Shown here: in pieces, positions 1 through 8,387 of the stretch
Layout: every line of letters starts with the position of its first letter
Position numbering within the stretch: position 1 is the first letter of the stretch
Virus record (IMG/VR): IMGVR_UViG_3300012921_000077
Span: 1 to 53,803 of that record
Length of the DNA: 53,803 bases
Reading direction: 5' to 3' (one strand)
Source of the DNA: a virus
Taxonomy: Duplodnaviria > Caudoviricetes
Made by a program: the position numbers and the translations under genes
The notes under the pieces: model-generated
Seen by the model: the letters and a program-made list of their open reading frames with translations, nothing else
Database searches by the model: none
Told to the model about the DNA's origin: nothing

Positions 1-354
1 ATGCCGGAAGGAAAGTGGTCCGGGAGACAGTTGGACTTCGCCTTCGACCAGGAGAAGACGACGAAGCAGGACTTCACGTACGCAGGCACGAAGTACTGGC
101 TGCACCTCACCGTCCGGTGGAAGCAGGGCGGTGGCTATAACACCAGCCAAGCCGAGGGGTTCCTGTCGCGCGACGAGGGCGGTACCGACTACGTCACCAG
201 CGACGAATTTACGGTGACGCTCGAGGAGCCATTCGTCACGCGCGGTGAGGTCGGCTGCGCGACCTCTGTGAAGAGAAACGTCGATCCGGTCGCGACAGCG
301 CAGAGCCGGAATCCCGACAGTCCGCTCGTCGAGATCAACGGACTCGAGCCGTGA
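1..354 (+). CDS. Hypothetical protein, convergent with the late operon (possible moron; start may lie upstream)
   Basis: 117 aa ORF with globular-like composition, ending just before a terminator hairpin. Confidence 0.6.
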   Translation: MPEGKWSGRQLDFAFDQEKTTKQDFTYAGTKYWLHLTVRWKQGGGYNTSQAEGFLSRDEGGTDYVTSDEFTVTLEEPFVTRGEVGCATSVKRNVDPVATAQSRNPDSPLVEINGLEP

Positions 355-361
355 AATGACG

Positions 362-396
362 AAAGCCCCGCCGACCCTCTCGGGCGGCGGGGCGTT
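362..396. terminator. Intrinsic terminator, mainly for the minus-strand late operon, possibly bidirectional
   Basis: Stem GCCCCGCCG (365-373) pairs with CGGCGGGGC (385-393); followed by TTTCGTCATTT on the minus strand; lies between convergent genes. Confidence 0.8.
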
Positions 397-537
397 ATAC
401 GCAGCGTCGGCGGAAGCTGCGTCTAGCCGAGGATGAGAAGCGGCGGATGATGCGGGGGCGTGGGGAGGACGCGTGCACCGCTCGCCTTCGCAGCGGCGAA
501 CTCGATCTGCCATCGAACATACGCGCGGTCGTATTTC

Positions 538-1296
538 TCATGCGCTCGTTTGCAATGCGAGCTCGAGAGTCGCTCGCGTGATGGGGCCGTAGATGCCGTC
601 GGCGACGAGGCCGCGCGCCTTCTGGAACGCGAGCACCGCGGCGGCCGTCTTCGCGCCGGGGATGCCGTCGATTGGTCCCGGGTCGTGACCGAGCCGAGAG
701 AGCGCGCGCTGCAAGCCGATCGTCGTGCGGAGGTCGAAGCCGGCTTCGACGAGGTCTTCGCCATCCCACTTGCCTTCGAGGCGCGCGACGAGCTCGGCCC
801 ATCGCGGACCTACGCAGTTGCGCGCGACCGCCGCCTCGAGCTCGCCGACGGTGATCTTGAAGTCCTTGTTCTTGTCGAACACCGCGTTCGGTCCGTAGGC
901 CCACCCAAGCGGCCCGTTCTGCGCGCAGAGGACGAACGACGGATCGCCAGCGCGCTTCACGAACACGGGAAGGAACGTCGCGGTGTAGACGGCGCCGATG
1001 CTCACGAGCGAGCCGCGATACGCGCGGTAGTACCGAAGCGCCCATTCGAGTTGCTCGGTCGCCGTCAGCTTCCGATACGCCTCGTGACCCTTCGACCAAC
1101 CGAGCCCCATCAGGGTCGCCGGCATGACTTGGAAGATGCCGGACGCGTGGCCGTGCGGGTTGTGCGCCGCGGCGCGCACGCCGCTTTCGGAGTACCAGAC
1201 CGACAGGAGGTCACGCGGGCGCGCGACGACCTCGTCGGCGATCTCCTGTAGCCGAGGGAAGAACGCGTCATCGATGTCGCTGGTGAGCCTGTTCAT
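538..1296 (-). CDS. Endolysin: lysozyme/SLT-like catalytic domain plus C-terminal peptidoglycan-binding domain
   Basis: YSESG and ASGIFQVMPATL motifs; LQRALSRLGHDPGPIDGIPGAKT...FQKARGLVADGIYGPIT PG_binding_1 pattern; GGAGG RBS before ATG 1296. Confidence 0.88.
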   Translation of the reverse strand: MNRLTSDIDDAFFPRLQEIADEVVARPRDLLSVWYSESGVRAAAHNPHGHASGIFQVMPATLMGLGWSKGHEAYRKLTATEQLEWALRYYRAYRGSLVSIGAVYTATFLPVFVKRAGDPSFVLCAQNGPLGWAYGPNAVFDKNKDFKITVGELEAAVARNCVGPRWAELVARLEGKWDGEDLVEAGFDLRTTIGLQRALSRLGHDPGPIDGIPGAKTAAAVLAFQKARGLVADGIYGPITRATLELALQTSA

Positions 1297-1526
1297 GCTG
1301 CCTCCGGAGGTTCCGGTTTGTGGTCTTCGATCCACTCGCCGCGCGTCTCGGGCGTGACGAGGTGCGTGCCGCCGCAAAGCCCGCAGGCGTTGCACGCGGG
1401 GCAATCGACGTCGTGCACGGCCGCGCAGAGGTGGCACCGCTCGCGGTGCGTCCCGCGGCAGCGAGGGCAGTGCTCGCAGATCGGGCACCGCACAAGCGTT
1501 GGTCGGTCGCGGTCGTAGGTCGTCAT
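1293..1526 (-). CDS. Small Cys-rich (zinc-finger-like) protein
   Basis: Five CxxC pairs in 77 aa; ATGA overlaps with both neighbours. Confidence 0.65.
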   Translation of the reverse strand: MTTYDRDRPTLVRCPICEHCPRCRGTHRERCHLCAAVHDVDCPACNACGLCGGTHLVTPETRGEWIEDHKPEPPEAA

Positions 1527-1810
1527 CGGGACACGTCCTTCAGCAGCCGCGTCGCAACGGCTTCGGTGATGAGCTCGGCGCCGCGCGCGACGCGCACGAG
1601 CGCCATGAATGCGTCGCGCTCGTTCTCTGTTTCGACGACCGACGCCGCGCGATGCAGAAGCAGCGCGACCTCAAGGCCGCTCGGCGGCGCGGCGAGCGAA
1701 TGCGAGAGCGTGTCGACGACACCTTGCCGCTCCTGGCGACGGATCTGGATCGCGTCGTCCAGGTCGCGCAGCGCGGCCTCGAGCGCGCTCTCCAGCGGAT
1801 CGTCGCTCAT
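1523..1810 (-). CDS. Hypothetical helical protein
   Basis: 95 aa, translationally coupled on both sides. Confidence 0.6.
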   Translation of the reverse strand: MSDDPLESALEAALRDLDDAIQIRRQERQGVVDTLSHSLAAPPSGLEVALLLHRAASVVETENERDAFMALVRVARGAELITEAVATRLLKDVSR

Positions 1811-2142
1811 CGATCGAGCTCGGCCAGCTCGATGGCGACGCTGTCCGGCGCGTCGAGGAGCATCACGGCGTCGCGCCCGAGGTCCTCATGGAGCGCGCAC
1901 GTGTGCGTTTCGAGGCGCCCGCCCGGGGCGCTCGCCGTGTAGCGCGCGGGAACGAGCTTCCACGTGCACGGGTCGTGTCGGATCACCGGAAACGCGCCGA
2001 ACCGCGGCCGCGAAGTCGAGCAGACGTCGACACCGAAGGCCGGACCGCGCGCGAGCACGAGGCGGACGACCTTTCGGATCGGGTCGTACTCCCAGCACGG
2101 CTCGCGGCCGCCGGCGGCGCTGCGATGACGGACGTAAAGCAT
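1807..2142 (-). CDS. Hypothetical protein
   Basis: 111 aa, starts 5 nt after the upstream stop, ATGA overlap downstream. Confidence 0.55.
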   Translation of the reverse strand: MLYVRHRSAAGGREPCWEYDPIRKVVRLVLARGPAFGVDVCSTSRPRFGAFPVIRHDPCTWKLVPARYTASAPGGRLETHTCALHEDLGRDAVMLLDAPDSVAIELAELDR

Positions 2143-2146
2143 CGCC

Positions 2147-4570
2147 TCAGAACTCGTTCGGCTTGACGGTGAAGAACCCGGGCTCGGCGCCCGCGGCGCT
2201 GCCTGTCGTGACCCACCGGTAGCGCCACGTGCCCGCCTCGGTGCACGCGATCTCGGCCTTGTACTTTCCCGTCGAGCTCTTCGTAGGGGTGACGTCGACC
2301 GGGTTCTCCGCCGTCGGCGCCTTCACCTTCAGCGTGATCGACGTAGGGTCGGTGAGCGCCTCCGCGACGCGGAGCTCGACGGTCAGAACGGCGACGTCGC
2401 CGACGTTGTAGGGGTAGTTCGACATGGCGGTCTTGAGCCGGGTGAGGGGCCGATCGTCGGTCGTGAGCAGCGCGAGCGCCGAGTGTCGGCGCGTCACGCG
2501 AATGAGCCGGGCGTCGTGCACGGTCGCGTCGAGCAGCGTGACGTGGCTCGGACGCATCCGCGTGCGAGGCGCGTCGCGCACGCGGAGGACTGCAGGCACC
2601 GACGCCGCCTGAGGCGCGAGGGTGCCGATCGCCGCGAACGTGACGGCCGTCGCGCCCGCCGTCGTCGCGAGCGCCGAGCCGTCGCCGAAGACGTCGAACG
2701 CGACGCTCGCTGCCGCGACGAGCTCGGCGCGGGCGGAGATCGCGCCGCCGGCCGTCGTTGCCGCCGACGCCGTTCCGGAGAGCGCCGCGGTCGCAACGAG
2801 GACCGCAGCTGCGGCGGCAGCGAAGGTTGCCGGTGCCGACGCGCCCGCCGTGCCGCGCAGCGTCGAGACCGTCGCGAACGAGGTAGCGGCCGAGGCGGAA
2901 GTCGTCGCCGCGCCGCGAGCCGTCGCCGTCGGCGTGAACGTGACCGCCGAAGCGCCGACCAGGCGGCCCGACGCAGCGATGCTCGCCGTCGGCGTCGTCG
3001 TGGCAGCAGCGCTGCCCGCAGCGTTCGCGGTGCCGGCGAGCGCGCCGGTCGCCGCGGTCGCGAGCGCGGCCGTCGCCGCCAGGCCGGACGATGCGGCCGA
3101 CGGGCTCGCCGTGGCTATCGTGGCGACCGTCGACGCGCCCGAGAGCGCTCCGGCGCCCACGAGCGACGCCGTCGACGCGCAGGAGGCCGCCGCGCTGGCC
3201 GCCAGAGTGCCCGTGGCGCGCCCGACGGCCGAGGCCGCCACCGACGCCGCCGAGGCGCCCGCAAGCGCGCCTGCGCCCGACAGGACCGCCGTGCCGGCGA
3301 ACGTCGCGGAGCTCGCCGCGACCATGCCGCCGGCGTCGACCGACGCGGTGCCGGCGAACGTGGCGGCCGCGGCGCCGGCCATCGCGCCGGTGCCCGCAAG
3401 CGCGGCCGTGCCAGACGCGAAGGATGCGGCCGACGAAGCCGCAAGCGTCGCAGCGCCCCTCAGGGCTGCCGTGCCACCCGCGAACGTCGCCGACGAGCCG
3501 CCGACGAGCGACGCCCTGCCCGCGATCGCCGCGGTGCTCGAAGCGACGGCCGCAGCCGAACCGACGGCGCGCGCGCTGCCTCCGAGAGCCGCGGTCGACG
3601 AGAACGTCGCCGGGCCCGACGAGCCGACGAGCCGGCCCGCGCCGCGCAGCGTTGCCGAGGCTGCGGTGACGAAGCTGCTCGAGCCCGCGATCGCGGACGC
3701 CGCCGCCGCGAAGCCGAAGTTCTTCGAGAACGTCGTCTGCGTCGCCGGGCCGAGCTTCGCGTACTCGGCGTCCGAGAGCGTGAAGCCGCCGACAGCGAGC
3801 TCGAGGAGGCTGCCCGCGACGCGCGCGCCGGCGTAGTTCTCGCCGACCATGAACGTGCCGCTGAGGCCGTAGAGCCAGCCCATCCCGCCGGCCTGAATCG
3901 TGACGGTGTTCTCGCTCGCGTTGTTGAGCGTGAGACCGAGCGTCAGCGTGCCGTTCGGGTTCGTCCACCAGCGAAGGCGCCCGAGGTTGTACCCGCCGAC
4001 CGCCCAGGCCTGCGCGACGGTCTCCGCGTACGCGCCGGCGGTGACGTCGTACGCATACGCGACAGCGCCCTGGTCGGTGAGCGCGACGCCGAAGTTGCCG
4101 CTGCTGTCGGTGAAGAGCGCCGCATCCTGATACGCGGTCTGCGTGCCCGCGCCGACGCGCGGTGAGAGCGCCGACGCCTCGAAGACGAAGTGCACGGTGC
4201 CGTAGCGGTCCGTGACGAGCTTGTTCGTGTCGACGCCGAAGAAGTCGTTCGTCGTGCCGTCGAACACCGCAGGCGCGTGCCCATTCGACGGCGTGCCCAC
4301 CGCGCCACCGGCGTGCGAGAGGACGTTCGTGGGCCCGCTGCGCGGGTTCACCGTCTGCACCGATGGCCACGGATCGCCGGCGTAGTCGCGCCAGAGCCCG
4401 GACCACGACACGTTCGTCATGGAGAACGCGACGCCGGTCGTCGCCGGTCGGGACGTGAAAAACTCTCGCGTCGCGAGGGCGGCAGTCGGGTCGGTCGTGC
4501 GCTTCTTGACGAAGGCCGAAGCGCCGGCGAGTCGCCCCGATCGCGCGATGCGGAAGTAGGGGTCCGCCAT
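2147..4570 (-). CDS. Putative fibre/virion protein: N-terminal lectin(LamG)-like region, long Ala/Gly/Ser/Thr repeat shaft, C-terminal Ig-like domain
   Basis: AVFDGTTND...F beta-rich N-terminus; recurring G.G.LAG.(S/A)AATF units; C-terminal TDPTSITLKVKAP...GKYKA...GTWRYRW; located in the tail region. Confidence 0.65.
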   Translation of the reverse strand: MADPYFRIARSGRLAGASAFVKKRTTDPTAALATREFFTSRPATTGVAFSMTNVSWSGLWRDYAGDPWPSVQTVNPRSGPTNVLSHAGGAVGTPSNGHAPAVFDGTTNDFFGVDTNKLVTDRYGTVHFVFEASALSPRVGAGTQTAYQDAALFTDSSGNFGVALTDQGAVAYAYDVTAGAYAETVAQAWAVGGYNLGRLRWWTNPNGTLTLGLTLNNASENTVTIQAGGMGWLYGLSGTFMVGENYAGARVAGSLLELAVGGFTLSDAEYAKLGPATQTTFSKNFGFAAAASAIAGSSSFVTAASATLRGAGRLVGSSGPATFSSTAALGGSARAVGSAAAVASSTAAIAGRASLVGGSSATFAGGTAALRGAATLAASSAASFASGTAALAGTGAMAGAAAATFAGTASVDAGGMVAASSATFAGTAVLSGAGALAGASAASVAASAVGRATGTLAASAAASCASTASLVGAGALSGASTVATIATASPSAASSGLAATAALATAATGALAGTANAAGSAAATTTPTASIAASGRLVGASAVTFTPTATARGAATTSASAATSFATVSTLRGTAGASAPATFAAAAAAVLVATAALSGTASAATTAGGAISARAELVAAASVAFDVFGDGSALATTAGATAVTFAAIGTLAPQAASVPAVLRVRDAPRTRMRPSHVTLLDATVHDARLIRVTRRHSALALLTTDDRPLTRLKTAMSNYPYNVGDVAVLTVELRVAEALTDPTSITLKVKAPTAENPVDVTPTKSSTGKYKAEIACTEAGTWRYRWVTTGSAAGAEPGFFTVKPNEF

Positions 4571-4574
4571 CGCG

Positions 4575-5372
4575 CTACTTGTTGGCGATCTCGATGAGCA
4601 TCTCCGGCTGTCCGATCGCCGTCGAGTCGGGCGCGACCATCACCATGATCGCGGAGTTCTCCCAGACCTGGCGGAGGCCCGTTTTCAGGAAGTCGAGAAC
4701 GTCGCCGTCGTTGTTGATGCGCACGCGCCCGCTCGCGAGCGGCCGGAGGATCATCATGTTGAACGTGCCGACCGTCGCCACGGAGCCGACGACCGACTCG
4801 AGCTTCTGGATGCCGCTGCCTTCGCCCGCGGCGAGCGGCACCTGCATGCAGCGGCCGACGGTGAGCGCGGTTCCCGTCGCGAGCGAGTACGTCTTGCCCG
4901 CGGTTCCGGCACCGTTCGTGTACGTGCCGGACACCGTGAGATTGCCCGTGTGCGCGGTCACCGCGCCGAGCCAAAGCTCGCATCCGGTGAAGTCGGTGCC
5001 GCCCGGTACGCGCGACGCGAACGACGGCTGAGAGGCGAGCGCGACGTTCGAGTTGAACGAGTACGCGCCGGCCATGAAGACGCAGTCGAAGACCTGGATT
5101 CGGCACGCGACGTTCGAGCCGAACTCGAACCGTGACAGGTGCCCGGTGTTTCCAACGCCGAAGGCGTTGATGGTCGGGTACCCCGCGTCTGCGTCCGTCG
5201 GAACGACGCCGTTCGCGGTGTTGGAGCCCGCGAGCGTCCCGTTTCCGGGCTGCCCGGTGAGGTCGAACGTCGTGAACCAGCCGCCCGCAACGGTCGTGCG
5301 CGCCTGGTTCTTCATGAACTGGATCGGCTGCTTCGCGGCCGCGCAGTAGTCGTCGACGCCAGCGATCGGCAT
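4575..5372 (-). CDS. Putative tail-associated structural protein
   Basis: 265 aa Gly/Thr-rich, beta-strand-like; lies between fibre-like genes. Confidence 0.6.
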   Translation of the reverse strand: MPIAGVDDYCAAAKQPIQFMKNQARTTVAGGWFTTFDLTGQPGNGTLAGSNTANGVVPTDADAGYPTINAFGVGNTGHLSRFEFGSNVACRIQVFDCVFMAGAYSFNSNVALASQPSFASRVPGGTDFTGCELWLGAVTAHTGNLTVSGTYTNGAGTAGKTYSLATGTALTVGRCMQVPLAAGEGSGIQKLESVVGSVATVGTFNMMILRPLASGRVRINNDGDVLDFLKTGLRQVWENSAIMVMVAPDSTAIGQPEMLIEIANK

Positions 5373-5379
5373 GGTCGGA

Positions 5380-5826
5380 TCAGTCCGCGGTGACGCTGAG
5401 CTGGCCGATCGCGAAGCTCGGCGTGATGCCGTTCGAGACCGCGAGCGACGAGGGCGACGTCAGCGCGCCCTTGAACAGCACCTGACCGGTGCCGCTTGCC
5501 GCGCGGCCGATCGCGAAGTGCGTGATGGTGTTCGAGCCGCCGGTCGCGGCCGGGAAGTTGATCGCTGCAGCGTTCGTGACCGCGTTACCGGAAACGGTCC
5601 AGCCACCGACCGTGCGTGCAACGGCGACGCGCGCGTAGCTCGTGTACGTGGCTTCGCTCGTCGTCTGGTCGCCGGCTTCGCCCGGGTCGGCGGTGTGGAG
5701 CGAGACGTAGAGCGAACCCGGCGCGGCGGAGCCGAGGATGCCGCCGGCGTCGCCGACGTTCGCCCAGGCGGTGTTGTTGAACAGGAGCGCGAGAAACGCG
5801 GTCTCCGCGGAGTTCGACATGCTCAT
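5380..5826 (-). CDS. Phage tail fibre-associated structural protein
   Basis: LYVSLHTADPGEAG...EATYTSYARVAVAR...INFPAATG...ITHFAIG pattern of a widespread ~140 aa virion protein family. Confidence 0.75.
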   Translation of the reverse strand: MSMSNSAETAFLALLFNNTAWANVGDAGGILGSAAPGSLYVSLHTADPGEAGDQTTSEATYTSYARVAVARTVGGWTVSGNAVTNAAAINFPAATGGSNTITHFAIGRAASGTGQVLFKGALTSPSSLAVSNGITPSFAIGQLSVTAD

Positions 5827-5892
5827 GACGTAGGTGTCCCTTTCGCTTCGCGCGTGCGCGCGGCGGTCATCGGCGCGAGGTGACGCGCTTCG

Positions 5893-6111
5893 TTACTGGT
5901 TGTCGTCGTCGAAGCCGGCGTTGGTCGCTTCGGCGGCCTCGAGCTGCTTGCGCGCGCGCGTCGCGGCGCCTTCCACGGGCAGGATCGCTCTCACCTTCGA
6001 GACGAGCGGCTCGGCGTCGTCATCGGGGAGCAAGCGCGCAAGCATCTGCGCGAACGGCGGGAACGCGACGACGAGGACTTGCAAGATCTGCAGGAAGACC
6101 GCCTCAGACAT
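5893..6111 (-). CDS. Small protein with hydrophobic N-terminus (possible lysis accessory)
   Basis: MSEAVFLQILQVLVVAFPPFAQML; GAGGAGG RBS before ATG 6111. Confidence 0.6.
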   Translation of the reverse strand: MSEAVFLQILQVLVVAFPPFAQMLARLLPDDDAEPLVSKVRAILPVEGAATRARKQLEAAEATNAGFDDDNQ

Positions 6112-6280
6112 CGTCGTCCTCCTCGTCGGTGTCACGAGGAGAAAGGCTGCACCCGCCCTCTCCGATCGAGACGTCGTACGTCGCTCCGGGCTCGACGACG
6201 AAGCTTCGTACCTCGAAGCTTTCGCTCATTCCTCCGCCACCGGCGCCCACGGCGGTGAGCCATGCGACGGGCCTACTCAC
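6104..6280 (-). CDS. 58 aa miniature glycine-rich-domain-like protein (not in ORF track)
   Basis: GTG start after GGAGG; MSRPVAWLTAVGAGGGGMSESFEVRSFVVEPGATYDVSIGEGG...; fills the gap and overlaps both neighbours. Confidence 0.5.
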   Translation of the reverse strand: MSRPVAWLTAVGAGGGGMSESFEVRSFVVEPGATYDVSIGEGGCSLSPRDTDEEDDDV

Positions 6281-6674
6281 GGCAGCCTCCGAGCGTCGAC
6301 ACGAGCTTCAGCGCGTCCTCGGCGACGAGCGGCACGCGGATGTTCCGCTTGCGCAGCGCGACGACGATCTCGTTCAGCGCGTCGGCGCCGTGCACGATCG
6401 CGCAGCGCACGTGCTCCTTCCGTCCTTCGTCCCACGCGTCGATGCTGTTGCTCGCGACGATGAGCGACGCTCGCGCGCCGTCGTATGCGTGCTCGCACGC
6501 GCGTGCGAGGTCGAGGTCCATCTTCTCGAGCGCGTACTTCGCGCACGAGTCGTCGCTGACCTTCACCGCCTGCGCCATCGCGAGGACGGCGCCGCGTGCC
6601 TGCGCCCGCTCGGCCGCGGGCGCGCAGCCGACAGCTAGAAGGAGCAGGATGAGCAAACTTTTTCGCTTAGCCAT
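6273..6674 (-). CDS. Lipoprotein (possible outer-membrane spanin or lysis accessory)
   Basis: MAKRKSLLILLLLAVGC: basic n-region, h-region and lipobox Cys; helical mature part with Cys residues. Confidence 0.7.
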   Translation of the reverse strand: MAKRKSLLILLLLAVGCAPAAERAQARGAVLAMAQAVKVSDDSCAKYALEKMDLDLARACEHAYDGARASLIVASNSIDAWDEGRKEHVRCAIVHGADALNEIVVALRKRNIRVPLVAEDALKLVSTLGGCRE

Positions 6675-6927
6675 GGCGCCTCTCGATGAGGATGCAAATC
6701 GGCCCGTGCGCGCAGAGAACGTGGACGGTGATTCCGTAGGTCTCGACAAAGTCGAGGCAGAGAGCGGTGTGATCGAGGAAGTCCTTCCTCGTCACGACGT
6801 GCATCGCCTCACCGACGGGCTGGAGACCCTTCGGAAGCTTCATCACGTAGCTGCGGAACGCACCGCGGCCTCGCTCGATCAGCGGGCGCATCCGCATGCC
6901 GAGCTCGGTGTCGAGTGCTGGAGCCAT
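6667..6927 (-). CDS. Hypothetical protein
   Basis: 86 aa, abuts both neighbours. Confidence 0.5.
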   Translation of the reverse strand: MAPALDTELGMRMRPLIERGRGAFRSYVMKLPKGLQPVGEAMHVVTRKDFLDHTALCLDFVETYGITVHVLCAHGPICILIERRHG

Positions 6928-7170
6928 TCACCGCTTCTTGTCCGGCAGCTTCACGACATCGACGGGGATCTCTTCCTCTTCGTCGTCCTCTTCGCGGCGC
7001 GGGTCCTTCGGAGGGTGGTCGGACTTCGCCTTGAGGCGCTCGATGCGCGCGACGAGTTCCTCTGCCGCGGGTACCGTGTGCTCGGCGATCGAGTTGAGCT
7101 TCTCGCGGAACGCGACGACGGCCGGGTGCTCGCCGCTTCCGCCCTTCGGAGGCTTCTTGCTGTCGCTCAT
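6928..7170 (-). CDS. Hypothetical charged protein
   Basis: MSDSKKPPKGG...; ATGA overlap with upstream gene. Confidence 0.6.
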   Translation of the reverse strand: MSDSKKPPKGGSGEHPAVVAFREKLNSIAEHTVPAAEELVARIERLKAKSDHPPKDPRREEDDEEEEIPVDVVKLPDKKR

Positions 7171-7502
7171 CGCTTCCCCGGTGGCATCGCGCGCGGCAGT
7201 GGCGGCGGGATCTCCTGCAGCGGCGTGCCTTGCGTCCGAAGTGCGACCTCGCGCGTGAGCCGCTCCCGGTCTTCTTCGCGCTTCTCCCACTTCTCCACGA
7301 TCTCCGTGAGCGCGGCGACTGCCGTCGTGACGTCCTTCTGGAGGCGGAGCGCGAGCTCGAGCATCCGCTGCGAGTCTTCGATACGAGCCTTCGATTCCGC
7401 GCGGAGGTCGCCATCTTTCTGTCGGAGTGCGAGCAGCGCGATGACGAGGAACGCGCCGACGACGCCCGTGCCGGCCAGCTGCGTGAGCATCGATTCCGCC
7501 AT
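7167..7502 (-). CDS. Single-TM plus coiled-coil protein, holin-like or inner-membrane spanin candidate
   Basis: LAGTGVVGAFLVIALLAL TM segment followed by a charged coiled coil; GAGGGGG RBS; follows tail fibre genes. Confidence 0.6.
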   Translation of the reverse strand: MAESMLTQLAGTGVVGAFLVIALLALRQKDGDLRAESKARIEDSQRMLELALRLQKDVTTAVAALTEIVEKWEKREEDRERLTREVALRTQGTPLQEIPPPLPRAMPPGKR

Positions 7503-7510
7503 GGTCCCCC

Positions 7511-8383
7511 TCAAACTGCTGCGAGCTTCCGCGTTCTGAACGAAGCGCCCGCGAAGATGGTTGTCGTCTGACCGGCCGTGACGCTCGCCGCTTGCAGCGT
7601 GACGTTCCCCGGCGTGGCGCCGTTCGTGATGACCGCGTGGATGCGGTCCGGCGCCGGCGTCGCCGCGACGGTGTGCACGGCGGTGGCGGTGAGCGCTCCC
7701 GCGGCGGTGATCCGCTGGTAGCTCTTCGTCGCGACAGCGGTCGTCGACGAGTCGAGCCAGCCTTCGACGGCGGCGCCCGACGGCGCGGCGATCGCGTACT
7801 TCGAGCCGCCGACGCCCGAGCACTGCGCAGTGCCCTCGAAGACGATCTCGAGGCGCTCGTTTGCGGCGATCGGCACCGTGAACGGCGTGTCCGTCGCTGT
7901 CGCGAGCGTCGTCGTGAAGTTCGCCGCGTTCGCCTGCGCGCGGTCGCGCCGGACGAGCGCGTTGAAGTCGGCGCCCCAGCCCGCGAGCGTATTGCCTTCC
8001 GTCGTCTCGTCGAGCGCGTGGACGCGCTCACCGTCGACGGTCGTGTAGAGCACGAACGTCGTCGTGAACGACGGCTGCTCGACGTTGTTCCTGTCGCGGC
8101 CGAGCGCGACGTTTCCGACCTTCGACTGGAAGCGGTACGCCTTGCCAGCCGCAGGCGCGGTGAAGGTCGCCGTCTTGAGCGCGGAGTCGATGACGAGCGA
8201 CGCGTTCACCGTCGCGGGATCGGAACCCTCGTCGGTCGTCAGGCACGAGATCGCCCAGACGTCGACGTCGGCCTGCGACGCGAGGCGGATGATGACGGTC
8301 GCTCCGGGCGTGATGTTCACGCCACCGGTCGTCGCGACGTACGCCGCGGCGCCGTTCTTCACTTCACATGCGGGGCTTGCCAT
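7511..8383 (-). CDS. Putative tail fibre/receptor-binding protein
   Basis: 290 aa Thr/Ala/Gly-rich beta protein directly after the glycine-rich fibre. Confidence 0.6.
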   Translation of the reverse strand: MASPACEVKNGAAAYVATTGGVNITPGATVIIRLASQADVDVWAISCLTTDEGSDPATVNASLVIDSALKTATFTAPAAGKAYRFQSKVGNVALGRDRNNVEQPSFTTTFVLYTTVDGERVHALDETTEGNTLAGWGADFNALVRRDRAQANAANFTTTLATATDTPFTVPIAANERLEIVFEGTAQCSGVGGSKYAIAAPSGAAVEGWLDSSTTAVATKSYQRITAAGALTATAVHTVAATPAPDRIHAVITNGATPGNVTLQAASVTAGQTTTIFAGASFRTRKLAAV

Positions 8384-8387
8384 CGGC

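Noticed and set aside
1-420. Second att copy (tRNA-Cys 3' duplicate) at the left end
   Set aside because: No match to GGCGCGGATCGGATTCGAACC seen by eye; the boundary is probably outside the window
395-541. Possible 48 aa ORF (MRNTTARMF...) coupled to the endolysin stop
   Set aside because: Arg/Ser-rich with no motif or clear RBS; cannot be distinguished from 3' UTR
2600-3720. DNA-level tandem repeat array or CRISPR
   Set aside because: Repetitiveness is degenerate and explained by the Ala-rich protein repeat
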